Shown here: in pieces, positions 21,308 to 31,489 of the stretch
Numbering within the stretch: position 1 is the first letter of the stretch
Layout of the letters: every line of letters starts with the position of its first letter
From: Candidatus Rariloculaceae bacterium
GTDB lineage: Bacteria; Pseudomonadota; Gammaproteobacteria; Steroidobacterales; Rariloculaceae
Assembly (NCBI GenBank): GCA_045561055.1
Contig: JBJKYL010000003.1
Coordinates: 9,797-73,796, forward strand
Direction of reading: 5' to 3'
DNA: 64,000 nucleotides
Program-made: the position numbers and the translations under genes
The notes under the pieces: generated by a model
Told to the model about the DNA's origin: nothing
Seen by the model: only the letters and a program-made list of their open reading frames with translations
Database searches by the model: none

Positions 21308-21760
21308 ATGCTGGCCCCAGACAATAGTTCGGTACGCGCTCGACAGGGTGCTCGCGATATGTTGGTTAAAGCGCTTTATCAGTGGCAGCTGGGCGGGCAC
21401 GATCTAAGTCAACTCGAAGAGCAGTTCATGGTGACACCAGAGAACACACGAGCTGATCTTAGTTATTTCAAAGATCTACTTAGTACTGTTATCTCAGATG
21501 TTGATAAGTTTGACAAGCTCATAGCGATGCATGCGGGTAGGGAAGTGGCGACGGTAGATGCGATCGGTCGAGCTATACTTTTATTGGGGTTTGCAGAATT
21601 CGAAAGTCGTTGCGACGTTCCAGTTAAGGTTGTTATCAACGAAGCTGTAGAACTTGCGAAGCGCTATGGTTCGCCCGATTGCTATCGTTTCGTCAATGCT
21701 GTTCTGGATAAGGCAGCTAAGGCGATGCCCCCACAACGTCAATGCGACGCCAGAGGCTGA
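21308..21760 (+). CDS. nusB: transcription antitermination factor NusB
   Basis: 150 aa. Conserved RARE..ALQALYQW-like N-terminus and a ribH-nusB-thiL context. Confidence 0.9.
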   Translation: MLAPDNSSVRARQGARDMLVKALYQWQLGGHDLSQLEEQFMVTPENTRADLSYFKDLLSTVISDVDKFDKLIAMHAGREVATVDAIGRAILLLGFAEFESRCDVPVKVVINEAVELAKRYGSPDCYRFVNAVLDKAAKAMPPQRQCDARG

Positions 21761-21761
21761 A

Positions 21762-22715
21762 GTGAGCCTCGGTGAGTTCCAGATAATTCAGCGATTTTTT
21801 GCGCTTGGAAACGACGATCCCGATGTTCTTTTGGATATCGGTGACGATGCAGCCGTCGTTCAGCCATCTGGGCCGCTGGCACTAGTCACAGATACCCTGG
21901 TCGAGGGAGTGCATTTTTCCAGCCAGACAGCTGCTGACGTAGTAGGTTATAGGACGCTAGCGGTAAACCTTAGTGATCTCGCAGCGATGGGTGCCCAGCC
22001 GCGTTGGTGCACACTTGCGCTGACTATTCCCGATTCTAATGAAGGCTGGCTAGAGGGCTTCACCTCAGGATTTTTCCGACTCGCTAAGATATACGGTGTT
22101 AGTCTCGTTGGGGGCGATCTAACGCGCGGTCCGCTGAGTACAACGTTGCACCTGATTGGTGCCGTGGGTGATGGCGCTTTTTTGACGCGCGGTGGTGGAC
22201 AAGTTGGTGACGACATTTATGTTACCGGCTCTCTTGGTGACGCTGCGGCAGGCTTGGTGCTTATTGATAATGGCGTAGCGGATGAGAGCGATGCTCATCG
22301 GGCGTTAGCTGAGCGGTTTAGTCGCCCTTTGCCGCGGATCGCCGCCGGACGGGCCTTGGTAGGTCTTGCGAGCGCAGCGATCGACGTTTCCGATGGGTTA
22401 CTCGCCGATCTTGGACATCTTTGTAAGTCCAGTGGTTGCGGTGCGGTAATTGATGTAGAAAACTTGCCTTTCTCTATTGAGATGCTGGCGCTTTTTCCGC
22501 CGCAGACGGCTCAGGCCTATGCACTTAACGGAGGTGATGATTACGAGCTTTGTTTCACTGCCCCTGCGGAGAAAGCTGATGAGGTTAAAGCTGTATTAGG
22601 CGTTGCCGAGACGACAGTACACCGCATCGGTGAGCTAGTAGCTGGGGAAGGCGTCGAATCTCGCCGTGATGGAGCACCCTTCAATCAGACTGACACGGGA
22701 CACCAACACTTCTGA
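21762..22715 (+). CDS. thiL: thiamine-monophosphate kinase
   Basis: GEFQIIQRFF start, IGDDAAV and GGDLT motifs. GTG 21762 lies 2 nt after the nusB stop. The track start at 21654 sits inside nusB. Confidence 0.9.
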   Translation: MSLGEFQIIQRFFALGNDDPDVLLDIGDDAAVVQPSGPLALVTDTLVEGVHFSSQTAADVVGYRTLAVNLSDLAAMGAQPRWCTLALTIPDSNEGWLEGFTSGFFRLAKIYGVSLVGGDLTRGPLSTTLHLIGAVGDGAFLTRGGGQVGDDIYVTGSLGDAAAGLVLIDNGVADESDAHRALAERFSRPLPRIAAGRALVGLASAAIDVSDGLLADLGHLCKSSGCGAVIDVENLPFSIEMLALFPPQTAQAYALNGGDDYELCFTAPAEKADEVKAVLGVAETTVHRIGELVAGEGVESRRDGAPFNQTDTGHQHF

Positions 22716-22717
22716 GC

Positions 22718-23203
22718 ATGCATACGAACAGGCCGCCAACAACCCTACTTCGCCAACCCGTTCACCTACTTGCATTCGGGTTTGGTTCGGGGCTCATGCC
22801 GAAGGTTCCGGGCACGGCAGGAACAGCTTTGGCGGTGCTACCAGCGTGGCTGCTTGCGACTTGGTCTGTGGCGGCGAAGGCAGCTCTGATCGCGATATTG
22901 TTCGCTATCGGTGTGTGGGTCTGCGATGAGAGTGCGCGCCGACTCCAATCTCATGACCATCCCGCGATAGTTTGGGATGAAATCGTGGGTTTTCTTGCGA
23001 CATGCCTCTTGCTCCCGCCTGACCCGCTATGGTTTACAGTAGCTTTCGTTTTGTTCCGTATTTTTGATATTACTAAGCCATGGCCGATCCGAGCTCTGGA
23101 TCAAAGATTGCACGGTGGAATTGGCATAATGCTGGATGATATCGTGGCAGCCGTTTTTGCAGTAATCTGTATGGAGTTAGCGAAATTAATTCTAATTTTC
23201 TAA
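22718..23203 (+). CDS. pgpA: phosphatidylglycerophosphatase A
   Basis: 161-aa membrane protein. Motifs FGFGSG..PKVPGTAGT and FRIFDITKPWP. Confidence 0.9.
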   Translation: MHTNRPPTTLLRQPVHLLAFGFGSGLMPKVPGTAGTALAVLPAWLLATWSVAAKAALIAILFAIGVWVCDESARRLQSHDHPAIVWDEIVGFLATCLLLPPDPLWFTVAFVLFRIFDITKPWPIRALDQRLHGGIGIMLDDIVAAVFAVICMELAKLILIF

Positions 23204-23460
23204 TCGTCGTCGGGTTCGAACGCTTCTGGATCAGCGTCGACGGTTTTCTTAAGTAGGATTTCGACTGTCTGCTCGGCTTCCTTGAGTGCCGTCTGGCACT
23301 CGCGCGTGATTTTCACTCCCCGTTCAAATTCCTTGAGAGCTTCCGCAAGCGGTAACTCCTCGTTCTCAAGCCGTTCGACTAATATCTCGAGTTCTTCGAG
23401 CGATTTTTCAAGACCGCTTACGCCCGTTTTTTGTTTTGGAGTCATTGTTCCTGCCGTCAC
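23200..23460 (-). CDS. xseB: exodeoxyribonuclease VII small subunit
   Basis: 86-aa helical protein. LEKSLEELEILVERLENEELPLAEALKEFERGVKITRECQ is typical of XseB. Confidence 0.88.
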   Translation of the reverse strand: MTAGTMTPKQKTGVSGLEKSLEELEILVERLENEELPLAEALKEFERGVKITRECQTALKEAEQTVEILLKKTVDADPEAFEPDDD

Positions 23461-23521
23461 AGCTGCTGCGCAACCCTACACAGCATAACCGGGACGGTCA
23501 AACCTTTAATAGATGTATGTA

Positions 23522-23550
23522 TTGACACTTTTAAGGTGTCGCATTACATT
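23522..23550 (+). promoter_or_regulatory. candidate sigma70 promoter of the rubrerythrin operon
   Basis: TTGACA (23522-23527), a 17-nt spacer, then TACATT (23545-23550). A second possibility is the extended -10 TGCTAGAAT at 23590-23598. Confidence 0.4.
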
Positions 23551-23563
23551 ATCCTAATATGAA

Positions 23564-23578
23564 TTAGACTGAGTCTAA
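23564..23578. promoter_or_regulatory. perfect 7-1-7 palindrome, candidate operator
   Basis: TTAGACT-G-AGTCTAA lies between the candidate promoters and the rubrerythrin start codon. Confidence 0.4.
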
Positions 23579-23647
23579 ACAAGATTCTTTGCTAGAATCT
23601 GTGTAGGACTGATTATCACTAATCATTGGTTGTAAGGAGAGCGACAA

Positions 23648-24070
23648 ATGGACCTTAAGGGTAGTAGTACAGAACAGAATCTCAAGGATGCTTTTGCAGG
23701 CGAATCGCAGGCGAACCGACGTTATCTCTATTTTGCCGCGAAAGCGGATGTAGAAGGTTACAACGATGTCGCTACAGTCTTCCGTTCTACAGCAGAGGGC
23801 GAGACTGGTCACGCGCATGGTCATCTGGAGTATTTAGAAGCCGTTGGTGATCCCGCGACTGGATTACCGATTGGTCCGACGGACGAAAATTTAAAGGCTG
23901 CGATTGCGGGTGAAACGCACGAGTACACAGACATGTATCCAGGTATGGCGAAGTCTGCCCGAGATGAAGGTTTCGAAGAAATTTCCGATTGGTTCGAAAC
24001 GTTAGCGAAGGCTGAGCGGTCTCACGCCAACCGTTTTCAGAAAGCGCTTGACGGACTCGACGACTCATAG
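23648..24070 (+). CDS. rubrerythrin-family diiron protein (no rubredoxin domain)
   Basis: Two ferritin-like half-repeats with ExxH motifs ([20 protein letters not shown]) and the [11 protein letters not shown] signature. Confidence 0.88.
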   Translation: MDLKGSSTEQNLKDAFAGESQANRRYLYFAAKADVEGYNDVATVFRSTAEGETGHAHGHLEYLEAVGDPATGLPIGPTDENLKAAIAGETHEYTDMYPGMAKSARDEGFEEISDWFETLAKAERSHANRFQKALDGLDDS

Positions 24071-24098
24071 CCAATATCGGTTTCGGCCGCCCTTATAG

Positions 24099-25445
24099 AT
24101 GAGCCATCCAAAGGTAACGGTTAGAGAAGGTAGTCTCGAGTCACCGACGCGTCATGCGATTAAGTGGCGCGAGCCTGAATATACGGAGGAAGCACCTCTC
24201 TTTTCGGAGCTCGAACGAGTTTTCGATATCTGCCATGGTTGCCGTCGCTGCTTTAATCTATGTAACTCTTTTCCCACTTTGTTCGACGCTGTCGACGATT
24301 CGGAGACGGGCGAAATTGATTCAGTGCCGAAGAAAGCCTACTGGGAGGTTGTAGAGAATTGTTATCTCTGCGACATGTGCTATATGACCAAGTGTCCTTA
24401 CGTACCACCGCATGAATGGGCTGTAGACTTTCCGCATTTGATGTTGCGTGGCAAGGTCAAGCAGTTCCAGGACGGCGGTGCACGGTTGCGCGACAAAATA
24501 TTGAGTGCGACTGATACTGTCGGTAAATTAGCAGGTATTCCCGTGATCTCTCAGACGATCAATGCAATCAACGCCTCGAAGGCTGGCCGGCAGGCGCTAC
24601 AGGGAGTACTTGGCGTGCATGTCGACGCGCCGATGCCTAAATATCACGGTCGAAGTGCGCGCAGCCGACTTGCAGATCGTGTCGGGCGTCCCGACGCGGA
24701 GGCTGAAGCGACTGGTTGTACTCAGGGAAAAGTCGTTGTCTTCTCGACCTGCTACGGTAATCGTAACGAGCCAACGCTTGTGGAAGATTTAGTAGCAGTG
24801 CTGGAGCACAACGACATTCCCACTGCGTTGGCGCGCCAAGAGCGCTGTTGCGGGATGCCAAAACTAGAACTAGGTGACTTGAAGAGCGTCGAGCGATTCA
24901 AAAACGATAATATTGATGAGCTATATCAGTGGGTATCGGAGGGCTGGGATTTGGTTGGTCCTATTCCGTCGTGCGTATTGATGTTCAAGCAGGAGTTGCC
25001 GCTTTTATTTCCTGAGGACGAGAAAGTGGGCGTGGTCGCGCGCGCGTTCTTCGACCCGTTCGAGTATCTGATGTTACGGCACCGAGGCGATAAGTTACGT
25101 CTCGACTTTCAGGCTAGCCTAGGCAAAGTGAGTTACCAGGTGCCTTGTCACCTCCGCGTGCAGAACTTTGGACTTAAAACCCGGGAGGCGTTGGAATTGA
25201 TTCCCGACACGAAAGTACAGGTTATAGAACGCTGTTCGGGTCACGATGGTACCTACGCAGTTAAGAAGGAATACAATGCAATTTCCCGCAAGATAGCTCG
25301 TCCGGTTGCAAATGCTGTTAATAAGGCCGCTGCTGACGAGTTTACGAGTGATTGCCCGATGGCTGCAGCACAGATCGCGTCAGTAGCCGAGTCAGCTGAG
25401 GCTACTAATCCGTTACAGTTAATGCGCCGAGCCTACGGGATTTAG
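24099..25445 (+). CDS. (Fe-S)-binding oxidoreductase, HdrD/GlcF/GlpC-like
   Basis: Two ferredoxin-type Cys clusters (CHGCRRCFNLC, CYLCDMCYMTKCP) and C-terminal cysteine-rich CCG-type regions (ERCCGMP, CSGHDG). Confidence 0.8.
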   Translation: MSHPKVTVREGSLESPTRHAIKWREPEYTEEAPLFSELERVFDICHGCRRCFNLCNSFPTLFDAVDDSETGEIDSVPKKAYWEVVENCYLCDMCYMTKCPYVPPHEWAVDFPHLMLRGKVKQFQDGGARLRDKILSATDTVGKLAGIPVISQTINAINASKAGRQALQGVLGVHVDAPMPKYHGRSARSRLADRVGRPDAEAEATGCTQGKVVVFSTCYGNRNEPTLVEDLVAVLEHNDIPTALARQERCCGMPKLELGDLKSVERFKNDNIDELYQWVSEGWDLVGPIPSCVLMFKQELPLLFPEDEKVGVVARAFFDPFEYLMLRHRGDKLRLDFQASLGKVSYQVPCHLRVQNFGLKTREALELIPDTKVQVIERCSGHDGTYAVKKEYNAISRKIARPVANAVNKAAADEFTSDCPMAAAQIASVAESAEATNPLQLMRRAYGI

Positions 25446-25446
25446 A

Positions 25447-26031
25447 ATGACGAAACTTACAGCTAACGATCTTATGAGTCTCGAGGAGTACCATCGGAAT
25501 CGTCGGGATTTTCGTAAGCAGGTGTTGGCGCATAAAAAAAATCGGCGGGTGGCTATTGGAGGAAACGCGACTCTTTACTTTGAAGATCAACTGACTATCA
25601 AGTATCAGGTCCAGGAGATGTTGCGGATCGAAAGGATTTTTGAACTGGAAGCTATCGAAGAAGAACTAGCAGCCTATAATCCGTTGATTCCGGATGGTTC
25701 AAATTTCAAGGCGACGTTTATGGTCGAATTTCCGGATGCGGAGGAGCGACGTTACAAACTTACGCGTCTTACTGGAATCGAGGAAACGGTTTACGCACAA
25801 GTTGAAGGGTATGCGAAGATTACTGCTATTTCCGACGAGGATCTCGATCGCAGCACAGAAGAGAAAACTTCTGCAGTCCACTTCATGCGGTTCGAGCTTG
25901 ATGAGGCAATGTGCGCCGCATTTAAAGACGGTGCCGCGCTCGGATTTGGGATCGATCACCCGAACTACACCGAATCAGTCTTGGCGGTTCAGTCAGTTGT
26001 GCGAGACTCGCTGGCCGCGGATCTCGATTAG
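25447..26031 (+). CDS. DUF3501 family protein
   Basis: KKNRRVAIGGNATLYFEDQLTIKYQVQEMLRIERIFE...AYNPLIPDGSNFKATFMVEF matches my memory of DUF3501. The start lies 2 nt after the upstream stop. Confidence 0.7.
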   Translation: MTKLTANDLMSLEEYHRNRRDFRKQVLAHKKNRRVAIGGNATLYFEDQLTIKYQVQEMLRIERIFELEAIEEELAAYNPLIPDGSNFKATFMVEFPDAEERRYKLTRLTGIEETVYAQVEGYAKITAISDEDLDRSTEEKTSAVHFMRFELDEAMCAAFKDGAALGFGIDHPNYTESVLAVQSVVRDSLAADLD

Positions 26032-26111
26032 CATCCGCAACTAGCGTTACAATCTATGTGCTTTCCTCTAGCCAAGCAATGCGGCCAGGTTAGAGTCGAG
26101 CGGATGAGTGC

Positions 26112-28001
26112 ATGACTAAAAGCTATCTCGCTGCTGACATTGAGGTCTTGAGTGGTCTTGAGCCCGTCCGTCGACGCCCGGGTATGTATACAGATACTAC
26201 TCGGCCCAACCATTTAGCTCACGAAGTAATCGACAACAGCATCGATGAAGCGATTGAGGGACATGCAAAACGCCTCGACGTTAAGGTTGCGAAGGACGGT
26301 TCGTTCGAGGTTGCCGATGACGGCCGTGGGATGCCGGTCGATATCCATCCCAAAGAGAAAATTCCCGGCGTCGAGCTAATCCTTACGAAGTTGCACGCCG
26401 GAGGTAAGTTTTCTAACGAACAGTACCGCTTCTCCGGCGGCCTACACGGTGTGGGTGTTTCCGTCGTCAATGCATTGTCGAAGAACCTAGAGGTTTGGAT
26501 ACGTCGTGACGGCAAGGAATACAACATGAGCTTCGTCAATGGTAAGCGCTGCGGAAAACTCGACGTTGTTGGTAAGGTCGGTAAAGCCAATACAGGTACA
26601 ACGCTTCGTTTCTGGCCCGATCCTAAATATTTCGATAGTGCGGCCTTCTCCGTTTCTCGGCTCAAACATGTCTTGAGAGCTAAAGCGGTGCTTTGTCCCG
26701 GTCTAGATGTGCGGCTGGAGGTGGAAGAACCAAAGGAGAAAAAACGGTGGCAGTATGAGGGTGGCTTGGAGGAGTACCTTAAGACAACTCTTGGTGGGGA
26801 ATCGTTGTGGTTACCAGAAGAGCCATTCATCGGAAGGCTCGACGCGAAGCACGAGGCTGTTGAATGGGCTCTAGTCTGGCGAACCGATGAGGCGGTCCCG
26901 GTCAGTGAGAGTTATGTAAATTTGATTCCGACCCCGCAGGGTGGAACGCATGTGAACGGGCTACGGGTAGGACTGACCGAGGCTTTACGCGAGTTCTGCG
27001 ATTTCAGGAACTTGCTGCCGCGCGGAATCAAACTTGCTCCCGACGATGTATGGGAGGGCGTTGCCTATATTTTGTCTGTGAAGATGGAGGAACCTCAGTT
27101 TTCAGGCCAGACAAAGGAGCGGCTCGGGTCTCGTGAGTGCGCGGGATTTGTAAGTGGTGTAGTTAAGGACATGTTTGCGCTATGGCTGAATCAGCATCCC
27201 GAGACGGGTGATGAAATAGGCCAGCAGGCAATCGCTAATGCGCAAAAGAGACTAAAAGCCGCAAAAAAAATCGTTCGAAAGCGTATTGTCTCGGGCCCGG
27301 CACTGCCTGGCAAACTGGCCGATTGTACGATTCAGGAACCGAGTATCGCGGAACTTTTCCTCGTTGAAGGCGATTCCGCTGGCGGTTCTGCTAAGCAAGC
27401 GCGATCGCGTGAGACGCAGGCTGTAATGCCGCTGCGCGGTAAGATTCTTAATACCTGGGAAGTCGAACCCGGAGAACTGTTGGCTTCGCAAGAGGTTCAC
27501 AACATTAGTATCGCGCTGGGCGTAGATCCAGGTTCAGAGCGACTAGATAATTTGCGCTACCACAAAATCTGTATCCTCGCGGATGCTGATTCCGATGGCC
27601 TGCACATCGCAACTCTCCTCTGTGCATTGTTTTTGCGACACTTCCGGCCGCTTGTCTCAGCGGGGCACGTTTTTGTAGCGATGCCGCCTCTTTACCGCAT
27701 CGATGTGGGCAGGGAAGTTTTCTACGCGCTGGACGATGCCGAGCGGGAGATGATTATTGATCGAATCGAGGGAAAAAAAAAGAAAGGCAAGGTTTCCGTC
27801 ACGCGGTTCAAAGGGCTTGGAGAAATGAATCCTTCGCAACTTCGTGAGACGACGATGGCTGAGGCAACGCGACGGCTCATTCAGCTTACGATCAAGGAGG
27901 AAGATAAACCGGATCAGATTCTCGATATGCTGTTGGCGAAAAAACGCGCATCGGATCGTCGGGAGTGGCTCCAGGAAAAAGGTAATTTAGCGGACATTTA
28001 G
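26112..28001 (+). CDS. parE: DNA topoisomerase IV subunit B
   Basis: 629 aa. GHKL ATPase N-terminus (GLEPVRRRPGMY, HLAHEVIDNSIDEA), Toprim EGDSAGGS, and an adjacent parC. Confidence 0.95.
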   Translation: MTKSYLAADIEVLSGLEPVRRRPGMYTDTTRPNHLAHEVIDNSIDEAIEGHAKRLDVKVAKDGSFEVADDGRGMPVDIHPKEKIPGVELILTKLHAGGKFSNEQYRFSGGLHGVGVSVVNALSKNLEVWIRRDGKEYNMSFVNGKRCGKLDVVGKVGKANTGTTLRFWPDPKYFDSAAFSVSRLKHVLRAKAVLCPGLDVRLEVEEPKEKKRWQYEGGLEEYLKTTLGGESLWLPEEPFIGRLDAKHEAVEWALVWRTDEAVPVSESYVNLIPTPQGGTHVNGLRVGLTEALREFCDFRNLLPRGIKLAPDDVWEGVAYILSVKMEEPQFSGQTKERLGSRECAGFVSGVVKDMFALWLNQHPETGDEIGQQAIANAQKRLKAAKKIVRKRIVSGPALPGKLADCTIQEPSIAELFLVEGDSAGGSAKQARSRETQAVMPLRGKILNTWEVEPGELLASQEVHNISIALGVDPGSERLDNLRYHKICILADADSDGLHIATLLCALFLRHFRPLVSAGHVFVAMPPLYRIDVGREVFYALDDAEREMIIDRIEGKKKKGKVSVTRFKGLGEMNPSQLRETTMAEATRRLIQLTIKEEDKPDQILDMLLAKKRASDRREWLQEKGNLADI

Positions 28002-28039
28002 CTCCGGTTATCTAGGCTGTGTTAACCAAGGGAAAGCTA

Positions 28040-30298
28040 ATGAAGGAACAACAACTTAATTTCGAGGGTATTGAACGAGTACCACTGGCGACGTTTACCG
28101 AGAGGGCCTACCTAGATTACTCGATGTACGTCATTCTCGACCGAGCGCTGCCATTTATCGGAGACGGTTTGAAGCCCGTGCAGCGCCGGATCGTTTATGC
28201 GATGAGCGATTTAGGAATGTCAGCTGTAGCCAAGCCGAAGAAGGCTGCGCGGGCTGTTGGCGACGTCATTGGAAAGTTCCATCCGCACGGTGATTCCGCC
28301 TGCTATGAGGCGATGGTACATATGGCTCAACCGTTCAGTTATCGTTATCCGATCGTGGACGGTCATGGTAATTGGGGATCTCAGGACGACCCAAAGTCGT
28401 TCGCGGCTATGCGCTATACAGAAGCTCGATTGACTCGCTATGCCCAGGTTCTTCTAGCCGAACTCGGCCAGGGAACGGTTGAGTGGCAGCCGAACTTTGA
28501 CGGGACACTACAGGAACCGTTGGTATTGCCCGCGCAGCTACCCAATCTCCTGTTGAACGGTTCCAGTGGGATTGCAGTGGGGATGTCAACGGATGTACCG
28601 CCTCACAATGCGCGTGAAGTGATCACGGCTTTGATTCGTTTGCTAGAGCAGCCCAGGACGACTCTAAGCCAACTAACGAAGCATATTAAGGGCCCAGATT
28701 TTCCGACAGGCGGAGAATTGATCTCGCCACCTAAGGAGATAGTGGAAATCTACAAGACTGGTTCTGGAACGCTCCGTCATCGTGCTCGCTACGAAGTCCA
28801 GGGTGATGAAATTATTATTACAGAACTTCCACACCAGGTTTCTGGATCGAAAATCCTCGAGCAGATTGCGACCCAGATGCGTGCTAAGAAGTTACCGATG
28901 CTTGAAGACTTACGAGATGAATCGGATCATGAGTGCCCGACGCGTCTTGTGCTCACGCCGCGATCGTCGCGCGTCGACATCGATGCGACGATGCGCCATC
29001 TGTTTGCCACTACTGATCTAGAACGCACGGTTAGGGTTAATTTAAACGTGATTGGTCTCGACGGTCGGCCAGCTGTCTACGGATTGAAATCGCTACTGGA
29101 GGAGTGGCTGACTTTTCGTCTGGAGACTGTTAAACGTCGTCTCCAGTATAGATTGGATCATGTAACTCATCGTTTACATATTCTCGACGGCTTGTTAACT
29201 GCGTTTCTAAATATCGACGCTGTGATCAAGATCATTCGAACGGAAGACGAACCGAAGCCCGTTCTAAAGAGACGATTTAAATTTACTGATATTCAGTCAG
29301 AAGCAATTCTCGAACTGAAACTCCGGCATCTCGCTCGTTTGGAGGAGATTCGTATTCGTGCAGAACAAGAAGAGATCGGAGCCGAAAAAATCGAATTGGA
29401 AAACCTACTACGATCCAAAGCGCGTTTAACTAAGCTTGTCAAAGGTGAGTTACTGGAACTTGCGGAAACCCATGGAGATGATCGTCGTACGATTCTCATA
29501 GAGCGAAACGCTGCACAGGCACTGGATGAGTCTGAACTCGTTGCAAGCGATCCGGTTACTGTCATATTGTCAGAGCGCGGCTGGGCACGGGCTGCGAAAG
29601 GGCATGAGGTCGATGCAGAAAAACTGAACTATCGTTCTGGAGATCAATATCTAGCAGCCGCCATCGGGCGCAGCAATCAGCTTGCTATTTTTGTGGATAG
29701 TACAGGACGGGCTTACAGTCTTGCTGCACATACTCTACCGTCGAGCCGCGGACAGGGAGAACCGCTATCTGGCCGGCTGAAGCCGCCCGACGGCTCATCG
29801 TTTCGTGCGGTGCTACTTGGGTTAGCAGAGGAAAAGTGGGTGCTTGCGTCCTCTGCGGGCTATGGTTTCGTCGTTAAGCTTGGTGATCTTTACTCGCGTA
29901 ATAAGGCTGGAAAAGCTGCATTGACGGTACCGAAGGGAATGTCTGTCATTCCTGCCGCTGCAGTTAGTGAACGAGACCGTCCTGAGGATGCGCCTTCCGG
30001 TCGATCTCTATTAGCTTCGGTATCTACGGACGGTCGGTTGTTATTGTTCGAGCTTGGCGAATTGCCAGAGCTTGCGCGCGGCAAGGGAAACAAGATTCTC
30101 AATCTACCCTCAAAGAGTGGAATTGAGATGGCCGCGATCTGTGTGCTCGAAACAGGGCAGTCTCTCAAGATAATCTCCGGTCAGCGTTATATGACCTTGA
30201 AGCCGAAGGACCTCGAGCACTATGTAGGTGTTAGGGGGAGGCGGGGACATGCGTTGCCACGCGGTTGGCGTAAGGTAGAACGGTTACTCGTGGGATAA
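28040..30298 (+). CDS. parC: DNA topoisomerase IV subunit A
   Basis: [32 protein letters not shown] and the AAMRYTE active-site Tyr motif. ATG 28040 has an AAGGGA Shine-Dalgarno; the track start is GTG 28019. Confidence 0.95.
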   Translation: MKEQQLNFEGIERVPLATFTERAYLDYSMYVILDRALPFIGDGLKPVQRRIVYAMSDLGMSAVAKPKKAARAVGDVIGKFHPHGDSACYEAMVHMAQPFSYRYPIVDGHGNWGSQDDPKSFAAMRYTEARLTRYAQVLLAELGQGTVEWQPNFDGTLQEPLVLPAQLPNLLLNGSSGIAVGMSTDVPPHNAREVITALIRLLEQPRTTLSQLTKHIKGPDFPTGGELISPPKEIVEIYKTGSGTLRHRARYEVQGDEIIITELPHQVSGSKILEQIATQMRAKKLPMLEDLRDESDHECPTRLVLTPRSSRVDIDATMRHLFATTDLERTVRVNLNVIGLDGRPAVYGLKSLLEEWLTFRLETVKRRLQYRLDHVTHRLHILDGLLTAFLNIDAVIKIIRTEDEPKPVLKRRFKFTDIQSEAILELKLRHLARLEEIRIRAEQEEIGAEKIELENLLRSKARLTKLVKGELLELAETHGDDRRTILIERNAAQALDESELVASDPVTVILSERGWARAAKGHEVDAEKLNYRSGDQYLAAAIGRSNQLAIFVDSTGRAYSLAAHTLPSSRGQGEPLSGRLKPPDGSSFRAVLLGLAEEKWVLASSAGYGFVVKLGDLYSRNKAGKAALTVPKGMSVIPAAAVSERDRPEDAPSGRSLLASVSTDGRLLLFELGELPELARGKGNKILNLPSKSGIEMAAICVLETGQSLKIISGQRYMTLKPKDLEHYVGVRGRRGHALPRGWRKVERLLVG

Positions 30299-30345
30299 GA
30301 GATAAAAACACTATATATTCGGTTCGGTCTGTGAACAGGTATTGA

Positions 30346-31377
30346 TCATCGAAGACTCTCGTGTAGTGGTGTTTTGCTTAGCTCGCCAGGAATTTCCTGG
30401 ACGAGCCTTGGCACAAGATAGCCAGGTAGGCGCTGTCTGAGTCCAGCTAGGAGTTCTAGTGCTGTCGCATCTCTTACTTTGAAATGCATGGCCCCCGCAA
30501 CGTGGTCGAGCTGATGTAGATAATAAGGAACGATACTTGCGTCGAAAAGACTATGGCTCAGGGCCTCCAGGCTAGTTATATCGTCGTTTATTCCGCGGAG
30601 CAAAACCGACTGGTTTAGAATAAGTGTCCCGGTAGCATGAACCTGCTTCATCGCACTTCTCACTGACTCATCAATCTCGTTCGCGTGATTACTATGCACG
30701 ACCAGAACAGTCTTAAGGCTACTTTCCCTCAGGATATCCAACAAGTCTTGATCGATTCTTGTGGGTAGGATGATAGGGAACCGACTGTGAATACGAAGCG
30801 TCGTGATCGACGAGAACCGTTCCAGCTCGGATACTAGTTCCTGTAGCCGTCGGTTCGAAAGTGAGAGTGGATCGCCGCCCGATAGGATGACCTCGCTGAT
30901 TGCCGGTCGCTTTCGTAGTTCCGCGAGCGCTACGCTCCAATTACCGCGGGAAGCCGTTTGTGCCTCATAAGGAAAGTGGCGGCGAAAGCAATATCGGCAA
31001 TGGATTGGGCACGCCGCCGTTGTGACAATCAATGCTCGTCCAGGATATTTCTGCATTACTCCATCGTTCGCCAGCGCGAGTTCGCCAAGCGGATCAGTAA
31101 TGAATTCCGGGTGCTCGTTCTGTTCTTCCGTCATAGGCAGTATCTGACGGAGTAGCGGATCGTTCGTGTTGCCGGGCTGCATTCGCGAAACGAACGCTTT
31201 TGGTACCAGCAACGGAAACTCATCTTTAACAGGTTGAAACCAGCCTAAATCCTCTGGGTCAATATCGAGGATCGCGAGCAATTCCGACGCGCTTCTTACG
31301 GCCTCATTGAGTGACTGTTGCCAATTCGGTGTAGTTGGTAAGGCTTTGGTTTGGTGACTAGCGTCTGAGCTGCGCAT
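30346..31377 (-). CDS. epmB: EF-P beta-lysylation protein (lysine 2,3-aminomutase-like radical SAM)
   Basis: Radical SAM motif CPIHCRYCFRR. Divergent from efp. Confidence 0.9.
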   Translation of the reverse strand: MRSSDASHQTKALPTTPNWQQSLNEAVRSASELLAILDIDPEDLGWFQPVKDEFPLLVPKAFVSRMQPGNTNDPLLRQILPMTEEQNEHPEFITDPLGELALANDGVMQKYPGRALIVTTAACPIHCRYCFRRHFPYEAQTASRGNWSVALAELRKRPAISEVILSGGDPLSLSNRRLQELVSELERFSSITTLRIHSRFPIILPTRIDQDLLDILRESSLKTVLVVHSNHANEIDESVRSAMKQVHATGTLILNQSVLLRGINDDITSLEALSHSLFDASIVPYYLHQLDHVAGAMHFKVRDATALELLAGLRQRLPGYLVPRLVQEIPGELSKTPLHESLR

Positions 31378-31489
31378 TAATATTAGTTCGTTTCAAGGAT
31401 GCTTGGCGGTATTATCGCTTAGCTTAAAGTAAAGATTGTAGTCACATAGGTTCCCTTGATCAGGTTTTGGCAGAGAGAGTGAAATATTA

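Noticed and set aside
21654-21761. N-terminal extensions in the ORF track: thiL 21654, asd-like 36608, purF 43416, ettA 15051, SCO 34622, nrdR 17372, MBL 8537, parC 28019, clpX 55841, NHL 51720 and the His-His paralog 2243
   Set aside because: The extensions overlap upstream genes or add residues absent from the family N-termini (for example MCGIVG for PurF and xHCPFC for NrdR). Downstream starts with better Shine-Dalgarno spacing were chosen. These are not evidence of overlapping genes or fusions.
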